Origin: Takakia lepidozioides
Lineage: Eukaryota; Plantae; Bryophyta
DNA length: 64,000 nucleotides
Reading direction: 5' to 3'
Assembly (NCBI GenBank): GCA_030704615.1
Contig: CM060731.1
Coordinates: forward strand, 52,018,001-52,082,000
Below the pieces are notes generated by a model. It saw only the letters and a program-made list of their open reading frames with translations, was not told where the DNA came from and did not search any database. Below, in pieces: positions 63,066 to 64,000 of this stretch. Positions within the stretch are counted from its first letter, which is position 1, and each line of letters opens with the position of its first letter. Position numbers and translations under genes: made by a program.

Positions 63066-63350
63066 GGGGTAGTAATGTGACGGCACGGTGCCGGCTTCTC
63101 CCTTCAGCCGTCATCATCCGGACGGCCCCCCACTTTCTGACTGCATACCGTTGGCAGTTATTGCGCAAAGACCAGGGGCCGCATTCCGGAGACAAGGTTC
63201 ATTAACACTCTGACTGTGGATTTTTGAGATAGTTGGCTCCCTGGATTTGGATCAGGCTTCGTCGCTCGGACAAATCGGCATCGCATTCATTCCCATCGCT
63301 GCATCCCCCTTCTACCAGGGAGCTTCCCCGCACGCCATCCTGGCAGTCTT

Positions 63351-64000
63351 GTGTGCACATCTCCCATGGCGGAAAACCCGAGCGCTACAGTGTACTGCCC
63401 TCCTCACGAGCATAGAGCTTCATTTCCGTGCAGAGGGGACATCTGCGGTGATGGAGAAATATCTGTGCGTTCGATACCACCTGAAACCGGGGTCGGTTTT
63501 GGAGGAGGAAAGGAAGGACTCAAACGGCCTTGTTGTCGAGAGTATTGTTGTGCTCCACGATGATTTCGGCGATGGCAGGGAATGGCGAGTTCCACCATCG
63601 GACAGCGTCATATACAGGGCTGTTGGGGACTTCATTTGCCCGCCAAATGCACCTTCTATCCTGGCGCCTTCCACGAAACAATCCGCGAATCAGAGAGTGG
63701 GTACCTCAAAGAGAGAAGTCCGCAACGAAGTAAATCCAGAGCCGAACCCATCCATGAAGACGAGCGAGAACCGGGTTGTTCACAACCTGTCCGACTCAGA
63801 CGAGGTCATGGAAGTTCCGAGTCGTCCTGGAGATCAGGCAAGTCCTCAATGGACGTCAGTGGAGGAGGGAGTCATATTCCCAGCACGAGCACCGCAGTTC
63901 GATCTATTCTTGAAATTCTGCGAGGGCTTCACCTGGAGGGACACGGTCGGAGCTGGCCGGGCTGGACTACAGCAAGTTCGCAATTAAATCGGTTACATGC
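63351..64000 (+). CDS. A copy 2 transposase N-terminus (partial)
   Basis: Matches 28960-29614 (MEKYLCVRYHLKPGSV...). Confidence 0.8.

Larger units (their letters stand above)
58812..64000. mobile_element. MULE-like element A, copy 2, inverted, lacking the B insertion; runs off the right edge
   Basis: Reverse complement of 56498-58561 followed by that of ~28960-32793; carries independent substitutions. Confidence 0.9.

Noticed and set aside
58562-64000. Pure fold-back read artefact
   Set aside because: The right arm lacks the B insertion and has independent substitutions and array structure. A misjoin of two real copies is still not excluded.
1-64000. rRNA, tRNA or housekeeping genes
   Set aside because: None recognised; nearly all sequence is assigned to TEs and their cargo.

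Overview
Eukaryotic, plant-like window made almost entirely of nested transposons. GT-AG introns and CHG-type C>T decay suggest a non-seed plant or streptophyte alga (inference). No host housekeeping gene, rRNA, tRNA or CRISPR is supported. It has three components. (i) G1, a Ty3/Gypsy family with ~1 kb LTRs (554-1535, 4525-5553, 23342-24261) and a ~1,250-codon extra ORF downstream of pol. (ii) G2, a Ty3/Gypsy family (fragment 1536-4524; near-complete copy 43578-55530). Its polyprotein carries a C5-cytosine DNA methyltransferase between protease and RT and ends in a PHD finger. It has a self-complementary PBS and circularly permuted LTR ends (A...B-A-B). (iii) Three related Mutator-like (MULE) DNA transposons sharing a ~20-bp terminal motif: C (10819-17650, 10-bp TSD), A (from 25193, plus an inverted second copy 58812-64000) and B (32794-56497, 9-10-bp TSD). 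The best candidate for an undescribed system is the shared layout of A and B: a DDE+SWIM transposase transcribed divergently from a spliced ParB/Srx-like gene, with a family-specific array of long palindromes between them. In B, where the gene is complete, it ends in a beta-class N4C/N6A methyltransferase-like domain. Nesting order: G1 into G2, C into G1, A into G1, B into A, G2 into the B transposase.
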